Shown: piece by piece, positions 39,132-49,254 of the stretch
How the letters are laid out: every line of letters starts with the position of its first letter
Position numbering within the stretch: the first letter of the stretch is position 1
The notes under the pieces: model-generated
Told to the model about the DNA's origin: nothing
Databases searched by the model: none
The model's input: only the letters and a program-made list of their open reading frames with translations
Translations under genes and position numbers: made by a program
Origin: a virus
Lineage: Duplodnaviria; Caudoviricetes
DNA length: 64,000 nucleotides
Virus record (IMG/VR): IMGVR_UViG_3300036971_000130
Reading direction: 5' to 3' (one strand)

Positions 39132-39573
39132 ACGAGACCTCGGTGAGCCATCGGACGAAGCGATCGACGTGGTGCTGGACGGCACGGCTGTTGTCCGCCC
39201 ACCCAGGTCCAACGACGTGTTGGACTCCCCGGAGCATCCCCGAGTTCAGGAGTTCGCACTGGTAGTCGCCGTCGAGGACGATCATCAGGGCGACACCGAG
39301 CGCACCGGCGAGCATTTCCTCGTGGAGTGCATCGGTCAGCAGCGGGGTCATCTTGGACTTCTCGAACCAGTGGGGACCGCTGTTCTGGTAGTCGGTCTCA
39401 CCGCTGTACGGGTCAGGCCCAACGCCGAAGTTCGAGAGGCCACGACGGAACCTCGGGCACACCAGGAAGTGGCCGATCTCGTGAGCGTAGGTCTCGGGTC
39501 CCCGAAGGTTGATGGTGTTCAGGGTCGTTCCATCCCAGACGGGGTCTGAAGCGTCACCGAGCCTCGTTCTCAT
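39115..39573 (-). CDS. HExxH protein, paralog family B
   Basis: YAHEIGHFLV..EEMLA..HHVDRFVRWL. Confidence 0.7.
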   Translation of the reverse strand: MRTRLGDASDPVWDGTTLNTINLRGPETYAHEIGHFLVCPRFRRGLSNFGVGPDPYSGETDYQNSGPHWFEKSKMTPLLTDALHEEMLAGALGVALMIVLDGDYQCELLNSGMLRGVQHVVGPGWADNSRAVQHHVDRFVRWLTEVSCDLDG

Positions 39574-39575
39574 CC

Positions 39576-39893
39576 ATGCAAGCCGGTAACGAGTACGCCA
39601 TGTTCAGGTACGGCGATTCGATCGCCAACTGCGCCGAGGTGAAGAACTCGAAGAAGTCCGGCTACCAGACCAGTCAGATCCAGTTGCAGGGTCGGAAGGC
39701 GAAGTCCGAGAAGTGGAGCACCGAGTTCCGCTGCACCAGGAAGAAGTCTGTGACCAGGTTCAACTCGGTGGTCACCATCGAGAAGATCGACGGGAAGCTC
39801 AACAGCGGCAGGGTCCAGTTCCCCAGAGGCTTCTGCATCAGCGAAATCCGCTCGGGAACCTTCAACGAGTGGTTCTGCTACGGCATCTCATAG
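39576..39893 (+). CDS. Cys/Lys-rich small protein, possibly lipoprotein-family member lacking signal peptide
   Basis: Four Cys spaced similarly to 41995/42388/47351 family. Confidence 0.45.
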   Translation: MQAGNEYAMFRYGDSIANCAEVKNSKKSGYQTSQIQLQGRKAKSEKWSTEFRCTRKKSVTRFNSVVTIEKIDGKLNSGRVQFPRGFCISEIRSGTFNEWFCYGIS

Positions 39894-40388
39894 ATCCGAG
39901 AGCCACCGCACGAAATGATCGACATGGTGACGGACCGCCCGATGGGCGTCGTCCCACAGGTCAGAGACGAAGTACCGGTAGCCGTACGGCGCACTATCGT
40001 CTTCGATCATCCGATACAGATGTTTGACGTGCATGAACATCTCCGACATGTCTTCCCCGAGGATGTCGGAGATGATGAGGCCGATGACCGCAGCTTCACG
40101 TTCCTCCTGGATCATGTCGAACAGACGACGGCTAGGACTGCACCAGCCGTACTCGACCATCTTCCGTCGTTCCTTGGTGGCAACGAGGTAGTGACCAAGC
40201 TCGTGAGCGGTGTACTCGATCACCGAGTTCTCGAACAGGGTTGACCCGTTCCAGTTTGACCCTGGGGCATCCCGCCTGAACCCCATGCCAACCTCAGTCA
40301 TGTACCGCTTCAGGATGGCGACGTTCTGACTGGCTTCAGGGTTGGTCGACGGCTTCGATGATGTGATGTCTTGGCCTGAAACGATCAT
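39888..40388 (-). CDS. HExxH protein, paralog family B
   Basis: TAHELGHYLV..EEREA..HHVDHFVRWL. Confidence 0.7.
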   Translation of the reverse strand: MIVSGQDITSSKPSTNPEASQNVAILKRYMTEVGMGFRRDAPGSNWNGSTLFENSVIEYTAHELGHYLVATKERRKMVEYGWCSPSRRLFDMIQEEREAAVIGLIISDILGEDMSEMFMHVKHLYRMIEDDSAPYGYRYFVSDLWDDAHRAVRHHVDHFVRWLSDL

Positions 40389-40406
40389 GTGCTCAGCATG
40401 GGTCGG

Positions 40407-40704
40407 TCAGACCTTCGTGTCCAACCAGCGAACGAATCGGTCGATGTGGCGTCGGACCACAGGAGATACCTCAGACCAACGGCTGGTGACTTCGAGAGCG
40501 GTTCGGCTGTACCTGTCGAAGAACTCGACGGGCATCGTGGTGCAGAACATGTGGTCGTTGACGATCCCGAAGACATCACAGAGAGACACCCCGAGGACGG
40601 CCGCTTCGACTTCCTCTTGGTTGCCGGAGAGGGTCTTGGATGGTCGCTGCACCGTCCCTGTGGATCAGCACCGTGATCGTGTTCTGTCGTCGTTCGAGCT
40701 TCAT
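40407..40704 (-). pseudogene. degenerate family B member
   Basis: QEEVEAAVLG..RHIDRFVRWL retained, HExxH lost, frame broken. Confidence 0.5.
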
Positions 40705-41981
40705 CCCTGACCGAACTTCGTGTACGTCCTCTCGAACGGTGTCGGACCGAACATCCAACGGTCGAGATCCGGCGGCGTCGAGAAGATCGGGGCGACATCC
40801 CTCAGCCAGTACGGCACGCCGTAGAGCAGCGACGAGTTACCGATCGCTGATGTGAACGGCTCGTAGTCCGAAGGAGCAAACGTCACCGATGACGGGTCCG
40901 ACAGCGACACCGGCTCCCAGAGGTTATCCCCTTCGCCGGTCGGTCGGATCGCCTTCATCTTCAGGAAGTCGTCAGAGAAGCCGCCCAACTCGGGGAACCA
41001 GTCCTTCCAGCGAACGACAGCCACCCGCTCACGGAGACGCAGACGCCGGGCGTTGATCCTCGGGTTCAAGGCGTCGAGGATGCCCTTCGTCAGCGGGTTC
41101 ATCACCTCGCTGTCACGGGCGTCGGGGTCACCGGCGTCGACGAAGACGATGATGGTTCCGGACTCGTCGTACTCGGCGTGGGAGAGGATCTCCAACCACT
41201 TGTCGAGCTTCGCTCTCGCTCTCGTCTGACGAGTCGATGTGGTGATCTCGAAGACGATGCGGAGGCCGTCGCCTCGAATCATCATCAGGTCACCAGCGCC
41301 CGAGGTCGTCACCGGATGGGTGCCGGTGACATCGAGCAGGTGGTGGGCTGCCATCCCTTCCCCGAAGACCGCCGCCGGGTTACAGAACTCAGCGATCCGG
41401 AGTCCCAGTTCGACCGACAGGATGTTGTGGCGGTCATGTCGTGGTCCGGCAGTCGGGTTGATCCCGCCGGTGACCTTCAGCCACTCGGTGAACGGCAACT
41501 CGGAGAGGATCGACGGGATCGAACGGTCACGGGTCATCCGCCAGACCATCGGCACGCCAGCGGCGTTGATCGAGAACCGACCTCGTTCAGCGAGGTGACC
41601 TGACCACAGATGACGGAGCGGTAGGGGAACCTCCGCTCGTCGTCCGCCCGGCTGGTACATCTTCGAGTCCCACCCTCCGAACGCAGCAAGCTGGTCCGAG
41701 GTCCCGGTGCGCCACATCATCAGAGCGCCGAGCGCCTTGCGGGCATCCTCGTCGGTGGACTTGAAGGCTTCGACAGCGATCTCCGGCGTGTCCCGCTTGT
41801 CTCTGAAGGTCATCCGGCTGATCCCGGCCTTCGCACGACGTTCAGCGAGACGACGTGATTCCCAGGAGACCTGAGAACTGTCACCCCAGAGACCGGCCCA
41901 GAACGGATCGACTCGGTTCTCGGACCGGTGCAACCGGTTGGGGACGACCGAATGGGCGTCCTCGAAGTACGTGACCGTCAT
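40701..41981 (-). CDS. replication-relaxation (Replic_Relax)-like PD-(D/E)xK nuclease
   Basis: TSDQLA HTH-like, HDRHN, GDLMMIRGDGLRIVFEI; near VirD4-like ATPase. Confidence 0.6.
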   Translation of the reverse strand: MTVTYFEDAHSVVPNRLHRSENRVDPFWAGLWGDSSQVSWESRRLAERRAKAGISRMTFRDKRDTPEIAVEAFKSTDEDARKALGALMMWRTGTSDQLAAFGGWDSKMYQPGGRRAEVPLPLRHLWSGHLAERGRFSINAAGVPMVWRMTRDRSIPSILSELPFTEWLKVTGGINPTAGPRHDRHNILSVELGLRIAEFCNPAAVFGEGMAAHHLLDVTGTHPVTTSGAGDLMMIRGDGLRIVFEITTSTRQTRARAKLDKWLEILSHAEYDESGTIIVFVDAGDPDARDSEVMNPLTKGILDALNPRINARRLRLRERVAVVRWKDWFPELGGFSDDFLKMKAIRPTGEGDNLWEPVSLSDPSSVTFAPSDYEPFTSAIGNSSLLYGVPYWLRDVAPIFSTPPDLDRWMFGPTPFERTYTKFGQG

Positions 41982-41994
41982 GCCCTCGACTGTA

Positions 41995-42354
41995 TCAGGA
42001 GCAGGAGGACCAGCGAGGATCTACCTGGTAGTAGCAGACCTTCGAGTGCTTCGACTCACCGACGAACTTCCCCTCGACTCGAACGATGCCGGTCTTGGAG
42101 TAGTCGATCTTGGTCACCACCCGCAGCTTCCTCAGCGACCCCTTGTAGGTGCAGAGGAAGACATCGGTGGCCGTGGACCCCTGACGTTCGGCGCTGGTGC
42201 TCTTGCACGAAGCCTTCCCGCTCGCCCCGGCCGGACGGAGGATGGTCGAGATGTCCTGGACCATCGGCTTGATCTTGGCGTCGTGGTCAGCCGGGACACA
42301 GGCTGACAGCACGAGGATGAACGCCACGACAGGGAGGATCAGGAGCTTCTTCAT
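41995..42354 (-). CDS. lipoprotein, family C
   Basis: MKKLLI..LVLSA-C lipobox. Confidence 0.8.
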   Translation of the reverse strand: MKKLLILPVVAFILVLSACVPADHDAKIKPMVQDISTILRPAGASGKASCKSTSAERQGSTATDVFLCTYKGSLRKLRVVTKIDYSKTGIVRVEGKFVGESKHSKVCYYQVDPRWSSCS

Positions 42355-42387
42355 GTAGTGATTCTACCACCCACGGCGAGGCCAGGG

Positions 42388-42780
42388 TCAGACCCGGAAG
42401 CAGAAGTACGGCGACCCGCTGATCTTGCCGTCATTCAGACGGACCTTGCAGTGCAGGTTGTTCTTCGGGGCCGACGAGGTCGCCACGTCGATGAACTCGC
42501 CTTCGCCCTTCCACTCACCGTAGAAGGCGTGCGTGACCACCTTAAAGGTGCCGGTGGCCTTCGGCACGGTGCAGGACCACTCGTTGCTCACCGACGGACG
42601 GCCGTTGCTGGCCTTGCTGTCCCACTGCCGGATGCTCTTACAGGTCGGCTGCTGGCCTCCACGGGACTGCCGGAGGATCAACTCGGCGGATTCCTTGGTC
42701 ACCGAGTTGTGGTACGACGGGATGCAGGCGGACAGCACGAGGGCGAATGCCACGACGGGAAGAACCAGGAGCTTCTTCAT
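42388..42780 (-). CDS. lipoprotein, family C
   Basis: MKKLLV..LVLSA-C lipobox. Confidence 0.8.
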   Translation of the reverse strand: MKKLLVLPVVAFALVLSACIPSYHNSVTKESAELILRQSRGGQQPTCKSIRQWDSKASNGRPSVSNEWSCTVPKATGTFKVVTHAFYGEWKGEGEFIDVATSSAPKNNLHCKVRLNDGKISGSPYFCFRV

Positions 42781-45272
42781 GGACTGAGTCTACCATCTGG
42801 ACCCCAGCCCTGAGCTTTCCGGAACCGGGCGAGCGCCGCCCTGGTCGCTTCCGGGCCACGTTCACGAAGTCCATCCTCGAACGAGGCGAGCCTCAACATC
42901 GTAGTCGGTGGCCGTTGACCGTCGACGGTCGTCCTGATCGCAGCGGTGTACCGCTCCATGCCTGCGATGTCAGCCGAGGACCATTCCTCGCCGTTGAGCG
43001 CCAGGTCGGCAACGATGTCTGCGATGACCCGGTGGTTGTTCTGGGAGAAGGCCAGCAACGTGCCGAAGCCCATGACGGTGACACGGAGAGCGTCCGGCAA
43101 CTGCTCCGGGTACTGGGTGGCGAAGAACGGCTTGACCCCGAAGGACCGACCCTGGTTGCGGAGCCAGGACAGAACCTCCGACGAGTTGCCAGCGAGGTAG
43201 GTCAACTCGTCGGAGAAGATGGAGACCGAACGACCCTGGTTCTGCCATCCGGGGCACGTCTGCTCGATGGCGGTCTTCAGCCCGAACATCAGGAGCGACG
43301 AGAGAGCCTTCACCGACTCGGTGTCCATGATCTCACCCGATGACGAGTTCGAGGTGTTGATGATCACAGCACCGTGGTTGTCGAGCACCTGCTTCCAGGT
43401 GATCTTCTTGCGGTCAGGAGACCAGAACGGCTCCAACGCCATGAGCGCCTTGATCTTGTTGCGGGCGGCTTCGGTCTGGGTGCGTCGGACGGACTCGGAC
43501 ACCGGCTTGGCGTTGCCGAACCCGAAGATCGGGTTCAACTCCTTCACGACCTCACCGAGTTCGGTGAACGCCTTGTCGGCGTCGACCTTCGATCCGTCGG
43601 TCAGTTCCCGCTGGTGCGCCTTCTTGGCTTCGGCCTCTGCTTTGTCGGCGGCAACCGCCAGAGCGGTAGCGAGCCTCACAGCCTCAGCGTCGCCCTTGGA
43701 GCCGAGAAGGATCGAGGCGTACCCGAACGGGGAGAGGTTCGTGGGGACACCGGCCTCCGTGGCGATCTCCGGTGTCACGCTGAGAGCGGCCGGGAGGACC
43801 ATCTCGAAGGTCTCCGAGGAACGGCCCTTGATCTCACCCTCGTCGAAGGTGTACTTCAGCGCCGACAGCATCCAGCGAGCCTTCTTCGCCGCCGACCCTT
43901 CGACTCCGGCGAACAGGTCGATGGCGTAGGTATTCGGGTCGAGAGCATCGACGACGACCACACGATCACCGAACCCCTCGGACCACGCCTTGTACGCCTC
44001 GGCACCTGACCACTCCTTGCCCTCGAAGGCGATCAGAGCGTTGTGGGAACCAGGGGCACCGGGGATGCCGGAAGGCTCGATGCGGTCGAGAACCATCCAA
44101 GCCCACAGAGCGTGGATGAACCAGGACTTGCCGGAACCGGGAGCGCCGAAAGCGGAGATCCCGGCGAACAGATCACGGGCGGAGATGTGCACCGGGGTGT
44201 CGTCCGGACCACCGAAGCCGATGACCGGGCCGATCCTCGTGACGAGTTCCTTCGGGATGGCCCTGATCTCGTTCACGTTCGAGCCAGTCGCAGCGCCAGC
44301 GTGCGGAGCCACCAGGCCGATCGGGACCGTCGGACCAACGAGGAACGACGAGGTTGCGAGAGGGTACGAACCGGGGTCGCCTTCGGCCGCTCGGGTGCCA
44401 GCGATCTGCGCTGCCTTCGGGGACTTCGGCTTCTTCGGCGGGAACCGGCGGCTCAGCGACTTCGGGAGACGGCCGGTGGCGAGCGTCGACAGGGTCTTCG
44501 ACGACTGCGTCGGGATTACCCCGGTGGAGATGCCGACTGCGTAACCTGCGGGAACAGCCCCGGCTGCGTTCGCAAGCAGGAGGTCGCCTTTCGTCAGGTA
44601 GGCAGTGCCACCGAAAGCAGTTAGTCCGAGAACGGCGGGTAGGACGACGGCCTTCGCCGGAGCGGCGATCTTGACTCCGGTGGTGACATCGAAGCCGGGG
44701 AGCATGGCCGACACCTGCGACAGCATCGACTTCACTTCGTCCTTGCTGTGGCCTCCGGCGAACACCGAGATGACGACAGTTCCATCACTGAAGGCGTGGT
44801 GCGTCGGAAGTGCGGTGCCGAGACGGTGCTTGTACCAGCGGTGTGAACGGCGGATCTCAGCCCGCTTCGGCTGACGGATCGAGATTCCGACCCAGGACCC
44901 AGCCTGCATCATGCGGGCGAGACCACGGGACACCTCGGCGGGATCGGTTCCGGCCTGGGTGTCACGGGTGGCTGCACCCGGCTTCGCCACCAACCATCCG
45001 ACGTACGGGGCGTCGAGGTCAGGGAGACCGTCCGCCTGATCCGCTCGTGCGGCAAGCGAAGTGGCGAGGTTGATGGCTGCGTTCGACGCCTGCTGAGAAG
45101 CCGGTGCAACGAACCAGTCGGTGATCGCCTCACGGTCACGGGTCACGATGAGACTCACCGGACCGGTCTGATCGAGCGTGGAAGTGAACTGACGTGCCCG
45201 AGTCGACAAGGCTTGGAGGTTGATAGAAGCTCCCGCTGCACGAGACAGCTTCCAGGCGTTCAGTTGTTCCAT
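42777..45272 (-). CDS. VirD4/TraD-like type IV coupling ATPase
   Basis: TM pair, Walker A GAPGSGKS, Walker B IFSDE, GRSFGV..ATQYPEQL. Confidence 0.8.
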   Translation of the reverse strand: MEQLNAWKLSRAAGASINLQALSTRARQFTSTLDQTGPVSLIVTRDREAITDWFVAPASQQASNAAINLATSLAARADQADGLPDLDAPYVGWLVAKPGAATRDTQAGTDPAEVSRGLARMMQAGSWVGISIRQPKRAEIRRSHRWYKHRLGTALPTHHAFSDGTVVISVFAGGHSKDEVKSMLSQVSAMLPGFDVTTGVKIAAPAKAVVLPAVLGLTAFGGTAYLTKGDLLLANAAGAVPAGYAVGISTGVIPTQSSKTLSTLATGRLPKSLSRRFPPKKPKSPKAAQIAGTRAAEGDPGSYPLATSSFLVGPTVPIGLVAPHAGAATGSNVNEIRAIPKELVTRIGPVIGFGGPDDTPVHISARDLFAGISAFGAPGSGKSWFIHALWAWMVLDRIEPSGIPGAPGSHNALIAFEGKEWSGAEAYKAWSEGFGDRVVVVDALDPNTYAIDLFAGVEGSAAKKARWMLSALKYTFDEGEIKGRSSETFEMVLPAALSVTPEIATEAGVPTNLSPFGYASILLGSKGDAEAVRLATALAVAADKAEAEAKKAHQRELTDGSKVDADKAFTELGEVVKELNPIFGFGNAKPVSESVRRTQTEAARNKIKALMALEPFWSPDRKKITWKQVLDNHGAVIINTSNSSSGEIMDTESVKALSSLLMFGLKTAIEQTCPGWQNQGRSVSIFSDELTYLAGNSSEVLSWLRNQGRSFGVKPFFATQYPEQLPDALRVTVMGFGTLLAFSQNNHRVIADIVADLALNGEEWSSADIAGMERYTAAIRTTVDGQRPPTTMLRLASFEDGLRERGPEATRAALARFRKAQGWGPDGRLSP

Positions 45273-45350
45273 CTCAGCCTTTCACGGAAACGTGCAGATC
45301 AGAGTAGCTGAAAGTTGCGGGACCCGCCACATCTGACCCATGATGGAGCA

Positions 45351-45680
45351 ATGGAACTCTGGGCTGCCACCGTCGATGGCGAAACCCCCGATCTCACGCT
45401 CGGTCTCTACCTGACCGAAGAAGGCGCACGGAAGACCCACCGTTCGGTGATGCCGGTGACCGTCGGCGGGGACATGGACATCTTCGAGAAGCTGATCCGT
45501 CTGTTCCAGAGCGGTTCCAGGTACGACACCTGGGACGAGAACATGGCGGTCGACCACCTTCTCGAACGAGCGATGAACGGTGACAGCGAAGCGATCGTGC
45601 GGCTGGAAACGGCCAAGGAAGCGTACGAACGAGGGATGCTGGCACTCCAACAGTCCGGCGCTCTCGACTTCCTCGACTGA
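45351..45680 (+). CDS. hypothetical protein
   Basis: Motif-led ORF. Confidence 0.65.
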   Translation: MELWAATVDGETPDLTLGLYLTEEGARKTHRSVMPVTVGGDMDIFEKLIRLFQSGSRYDTWDENMAVDHLLERAMNGDSEAIVRLETAKEAYERGMLALQQSGALDFLD

Positions 45681-45689
45681 CCACCACCC

Positions 45690-46187
45690 ATGATGGAGGG
45701 GAATCTTCCCCTACTGAACGGACCAATCGTGTTCACCTCCGTCCGTAACCGCAACGGCCAAATGGCAATCGAGATGTCGGTCACCGACATCTCCGTCAAC
45801 AACGCACATCGCACGGTCACCATCACCTTCGAGGGTGACCTCGACGAGATCGGCGTCACCGAAGTCGTCGGGGTTCCCGGCTTCGAGATGATGCGGGGCG
45901 AGAAGCTCCTGCTCGTCTACGACGACAACCCGATCGGCAACAGCCCCGTCGGGATGGCTTCGGTCTGGGCTGACCAGAACCGCTCGTACAACTTCGGTTC
46001 GACCGACGGCCAGGTCGACAACCGGATCATCCGTGAGGTCGCCGCCCCGGTGCCCACCGACGACTGGTCCCCGATTCCTCTGGCTGCTGACCCGACGACC
46101 GACCCGACCACGTTCACGCCACCGCCGGACGACTGGCTCGACGAGATGCTCAGGGCGAACCCGATCAACCCCGACGGGTCCTTCTGA
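45690..46187 (+). CDS. hypothetical protein
   Basis: ORF; start uncertain. Confidence 0.6.
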   Translation: MMEGNLPLLNGPIVFTSVRNRNGQMAIEMSVTDISVNNAHRTVTITFEGDLDEIGVTEVVGVPGFEMMRGEKLLLVYDDNPIGNSPVGMASVWADQNRSYNFGSTDGQVDNRIIREVAAPVPTDDWSPIPLAADPTTDPTTFTPPPDDWLDEMLRANPINPDGSF

Positions 46188-46840
46188 TGCAGCCAACCGT
46201 CACCGGGTGGTCCAAGGGACCGGCTGGGCGACTCAGGATCGACTTCTCCGCTGGCGATCAGAGCACCCACGGGTTCATCCAGATCACGCCGGACACCCGC
46301 ATGGACCGGTACGGCCCGAACGTGATCGGCTCGTACCGTGAGCGTGGGTTCGAGATCGTCCGCATCGCCATGATCCCCAACGTCAACGAGATCGTCTCGA
46401 TGGTGACCGTGAACGCCGACGGGAGTACCCCGCCGTGGCAGTTCTACAACTCCACGCCGCCGGACAGCTACATCGAGTTCGATCACCAGGTCTGGCTGGA
46501 AACCCAGCTTCACGATGAGGAACGGCTACCACGAGTTCATGTCGTCGGCGGCACAGCGAACCTCTGGCTCGGAAGTCTGGATGACGACCCCGAGGTCGAG
46601 ATCATCTCCGGTTGGGTCCAGGGTGACTTCAGCCCGGAGAGGATGATCTCCGACATCCTCGAAGCGGACTTCGTGCTGGCGATCACGACGAACGGAAGTC
46701 CTCCGTCGGACGCCATCTCGATGGTGAAGCTCCACCGGAAGCCGCTGGTCGTCATGGGCGACACCGTCGAACTCGACGGCGACCAGATCGTGCTCGACTC
46801 TATCACCTCGATGTTCCGCTACGTGGAGGCCGTCGCATGA
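46187..46840 (+). CDS. hypothetical protein
   Basis: Coupled ORF. Confidence 0.65.
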   Translation: MQPTVTGWSKGPAGRLRIDFSAGDQSTHGFIQITPDTRMDRYGPNVIGSYRERGFEIVRIAMIPNVNEIVSMVTVNADGSTPPWQFYNSTPPDSYIEFDHQVWLETQLHDEERLPRVHVVGGTANLWLGSLDDDPEVEIISGWVQGDFSPERMISDILEADFVLAITTNGSPPSDAISMVKLHRKPLVVMGDTVELDGDQIVLDSITSMFRYVEAVA

Positions 46841-47346
46841 TCCTGATGTACGGGTCCTCGAACCTCCTGGGTGAGCACGGCGAACGCTGCCTCTGGTGGT
46901 TGCTCACCGGCTCCTGGTCGGGAGAACCCGTTGTTGCACGGGAGAACGCCATCTTCTACGCCTACCTCGAAGATCCCGATGATCTGGATGGCGAGTTCGA
47001 GGTGACGATGACGTTCGTCAACGGCGAATGGCAGCGGACCGGGGAGGCTCCGCCGGTGTCCTACATCCGGCTGATGTCGGACTGGTCAGTGGAAGTCCTT
47101 CACCCGGTGGCTGGCCGAATCACGCTCGCACCTGAGTCGACTCTGAACGGCCTGCCTCTGGACCCGCAAGGACGGGACCCGGAGACGCACCTCGTCGAAG
47201 TGGCCGAGCGGCTCACCGCTTACGCCCGAGGGCTCGACGGTGACGTGTTCCCGGTGGTCATCTTCGTGGACAACGAGCACGTCGAGTCTATCCCCGTCTG
47301 GGATGGGGAGAACGCTCAGATCGTCCCCATCGACGGCTTCGGCTGA
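46837..47346 (+). CDS. hypothetical protein
   Basis: Coupled ORF. Confidence 0.65.
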   Translation: MILMYGSSNLLGEHGERCLWWLLTGSWSGEPVVARENAIFYAYLEDPDDLDGEFEVTMTFVNGEWQRTGEAPPVSYIRLMSDWSVEVLHPVAGRITLAPESTLNGLPLDPQGRDPETHLVEVAERLTAYARGLDGDVFPVVIFVDNEHVESIPVWDGENAQIVPIDGFG

Positions 47347-47350
47347 TCGG

Positions 47351-47776
47351 TCAGATACCCGGAGCGAAACTCGTCTCGCAGAACCCGGTGTCGAACGTGT
47401 TCGCACCCGACCTGATGTAGTAGCAGGTGAGAAGGTGCAGTCCGCTGAAGGATGCGTTCGGAACGCTGGTCTGAACCTCGGCGTGGTACTTGATGCTCAC
47501 CCCGTTGAGGTTCTTCTGCTTGACCGAGGCGTAGAAGGTCGCCCGAGACATGGCCTTGGCGTACGATCGCTTCGTGGTGCAGGAGTAGTCGTTGACCACC
47601 TTGGACGCCGAAGCACTGACCTCCTTGGCGAACTTGCAGACAGGACGGAAGCTCCCGTAGGACTTCGACTGAGCGACGATCTGCTTCTGCACGGTGTCGT
47701 CGTTGTACGGGACCTTCGTCTGCCTGCAAGACACCAAGACCAAGACGGCTGCGGTCAGGAGCAAGAGCTTCTTCAT
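47351..47776 (-). CDS. lipoprotein, family C
   Basis: MKKLLLLTAAVLVLVS-C; TAGAAT-N7-ATG. Confidence 0.8.
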   Translation of the reverse strand: MKKLLLLTAAVLVLVSCRQTKVPYNDDTVQKQIVAQSKSYGSFRPVCKFAKEVSASASKVVNDYSCTTKRSYAKAMSRATFYASVKQKNLNGVSIKYHAEVQTSVPNASFSGLHLLTCYYIRSGANTFDTGFCETSFAPGI

Positions 47777-47789
47777 GCCCCTGATTCTA

Positions 47790-48182
47790 CTACCACACGG
47801 TGACGGTGGTGATCCCGAGGTCCGACTTGATCGGGTGGAAGATGGCCGACTCACCGTCGTGGAACCACGGGGTTCCGTCCGGCTTGCTGGCGAACCCGAG
47901 CGCCCGATCGAAGGACCTGAACACACCGAGACGGAGACCGTCATGGGTGACGATGTGGACCTGGTCGTCGGCGTCGGAGATGTCCGAGACCGGCTCGACG
48001 GTGACGAACATGTTGCTGCCGATGAACTCGTAGGCGGAGACCTCGACGAGCCCGGTCGGGCGATCGGACGAGATGTCCGCCCACGTCACCTTGGTCGAGA
48101 CGGGGAAGTGAGCTAGGCCCGTTCTCGGACCGAACATCTGGATGTGGCGGCTGAAGGGGTGATCGAACGGGATGACGTACAT
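47790..48182 (-). CDS. hypothetical protein
   Basis: Motif-led ORF. Confidence 0.65.
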   Translation of the reverse strand: MYVIPFDHPFSRHIQMFGPRTGLAHFPVSTKVTWADISSDRPTGLVEVSAYEFIGSNMFVTVEPVSDISDADDQVHIVTHDGLRLGVFRSFDRALGFASKPDGTPWFHDGESAIFHPIKSDLGITTVTVW

Positions 48183-48199
48183 GACCCCATCATGGGTGG

Positions 48200-48865
48200 T
48201 CAGATGTTGACCGTCACAACCACGTCGCCGCAGCGAGCTTCCCGGCCGTCCCAGGAGAACAGGCGGTTCGAGAACTGACGGAGGCATCCGACGAACGTGT
48301 CCGCTCGACCGATGTTCTTGTCGCCCCACCGGACCTCGAAGGTCGCCTCGACCGGGAACGTGTTGGGCCACGGCTCGATGAGCGCCTTGATCGTGTTGTT
48401 CTCCGTGGAATGGACGACAGCGGTCGTTCCGAGAGTCGGATGGATCACCCGGTCACAGACCTTCACGGTCGGATTCATCGACAGCGGAACGTTGACCGCA
48501 TCACCGACGTGCCCTGCACTCATCGGGCGAATCTCGACATCCCGTTCCGGGGAGAGCGATACCAGCACGTAGCCGGTCAGCAGCCACACATCATCCGGCC
48601 GGGAAGCGAGCGCATCGTCGAGACGAGTGTGCTCGGACTCGACACCATCACGAGAGCGAACCTGGAACCGGACACCAGGAGTGTCGAAGGTCGATCGGAC
48701 AGCGACGCCACGAACCTTGACGGTCCCATCGTCGAGGACATCGGCGGAGACGACCTTGACCATGTTGGGTGTACCAGGGATCGCCAAGGTTGCCCCGGTG
48801 AACCACTCGTCCTGGAACTGGATGGCGAGTTCGCCTTCGAGGCTGAACGTGAAGTCGGAGATCAC
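48200..48865 (-). CDS. hypothetical protein
   Basis: ORF. Confidence 0.65.
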   Translation of the reverse strand: MISDFTFSLEGELAIQFQDEWFTGATLAIPGTPNMVKVVSADVLDDGTVKVRGVAVRSTFDTPGVRFQVRSRDGVESEHTRLDDALASRPDDVWLLTGYVLVSLSPERDVEIRPMSAGHVGDAVNVPLSMNPTVKVCDRVIHPTLGTTAVVHSTENNTIKALIEPWPNTFPVEATFEVRWGDKNIGRADTFVGCLRQFSNRLFSWDGREARCGDVVVTVNI

Positions 48866-48868
48866 AGG

Positions 48869-49237
48869 TCAGTCCTTGATGGTCGTGATGTAGAGCCAGC
48901 GGATCGGGTTGGAGTTCCAGTTGTCGAAGTCGTAGCCGGTGCAGAAGCCACCGTCCCGAGGGAACCAGGCGACATCGGGGTACGCCGAGATCACGTCCTC
49001 GATCTTCCGGTAGGAGACCGGCTCCACCTCGGAGAAGGTCGGGAAGTGGCAGAGAGCGACGTAGACGATGTTGTCGCCGGAGTCGATCTTGGTCCCGTTC
49101 GGCTCGACGGTGAAGGTGATCTCGTCCTTGGTCGTCACGACCTTCGTCACGGTGGCGAGTTCACCGGAGGCCAGGAGGATGCTTCCCCCTTCGTTGACGC
49201 CGTTCAAGTTCTGCTTCTTGGGGTAGGTGAGTTCCAT
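48869..49237 (-). CDS. hypothetical protein
   Basis: Motif-led ORF. Confidence 0.65.
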   Translation of the reverse strand: MELTYPKKQNLNGVNEGGSILLASGELATVTKVVTTKDEITFTVEPNGTKIDSGDNIVYVALCHFPTFSEVEPVSYRKIEDVISAYPDVAWFPRDGGFCTGYDFDNWNSNPIRWLYITTIKD

Positions 49238-49254
49238 GCACCCATCATGGGTGG

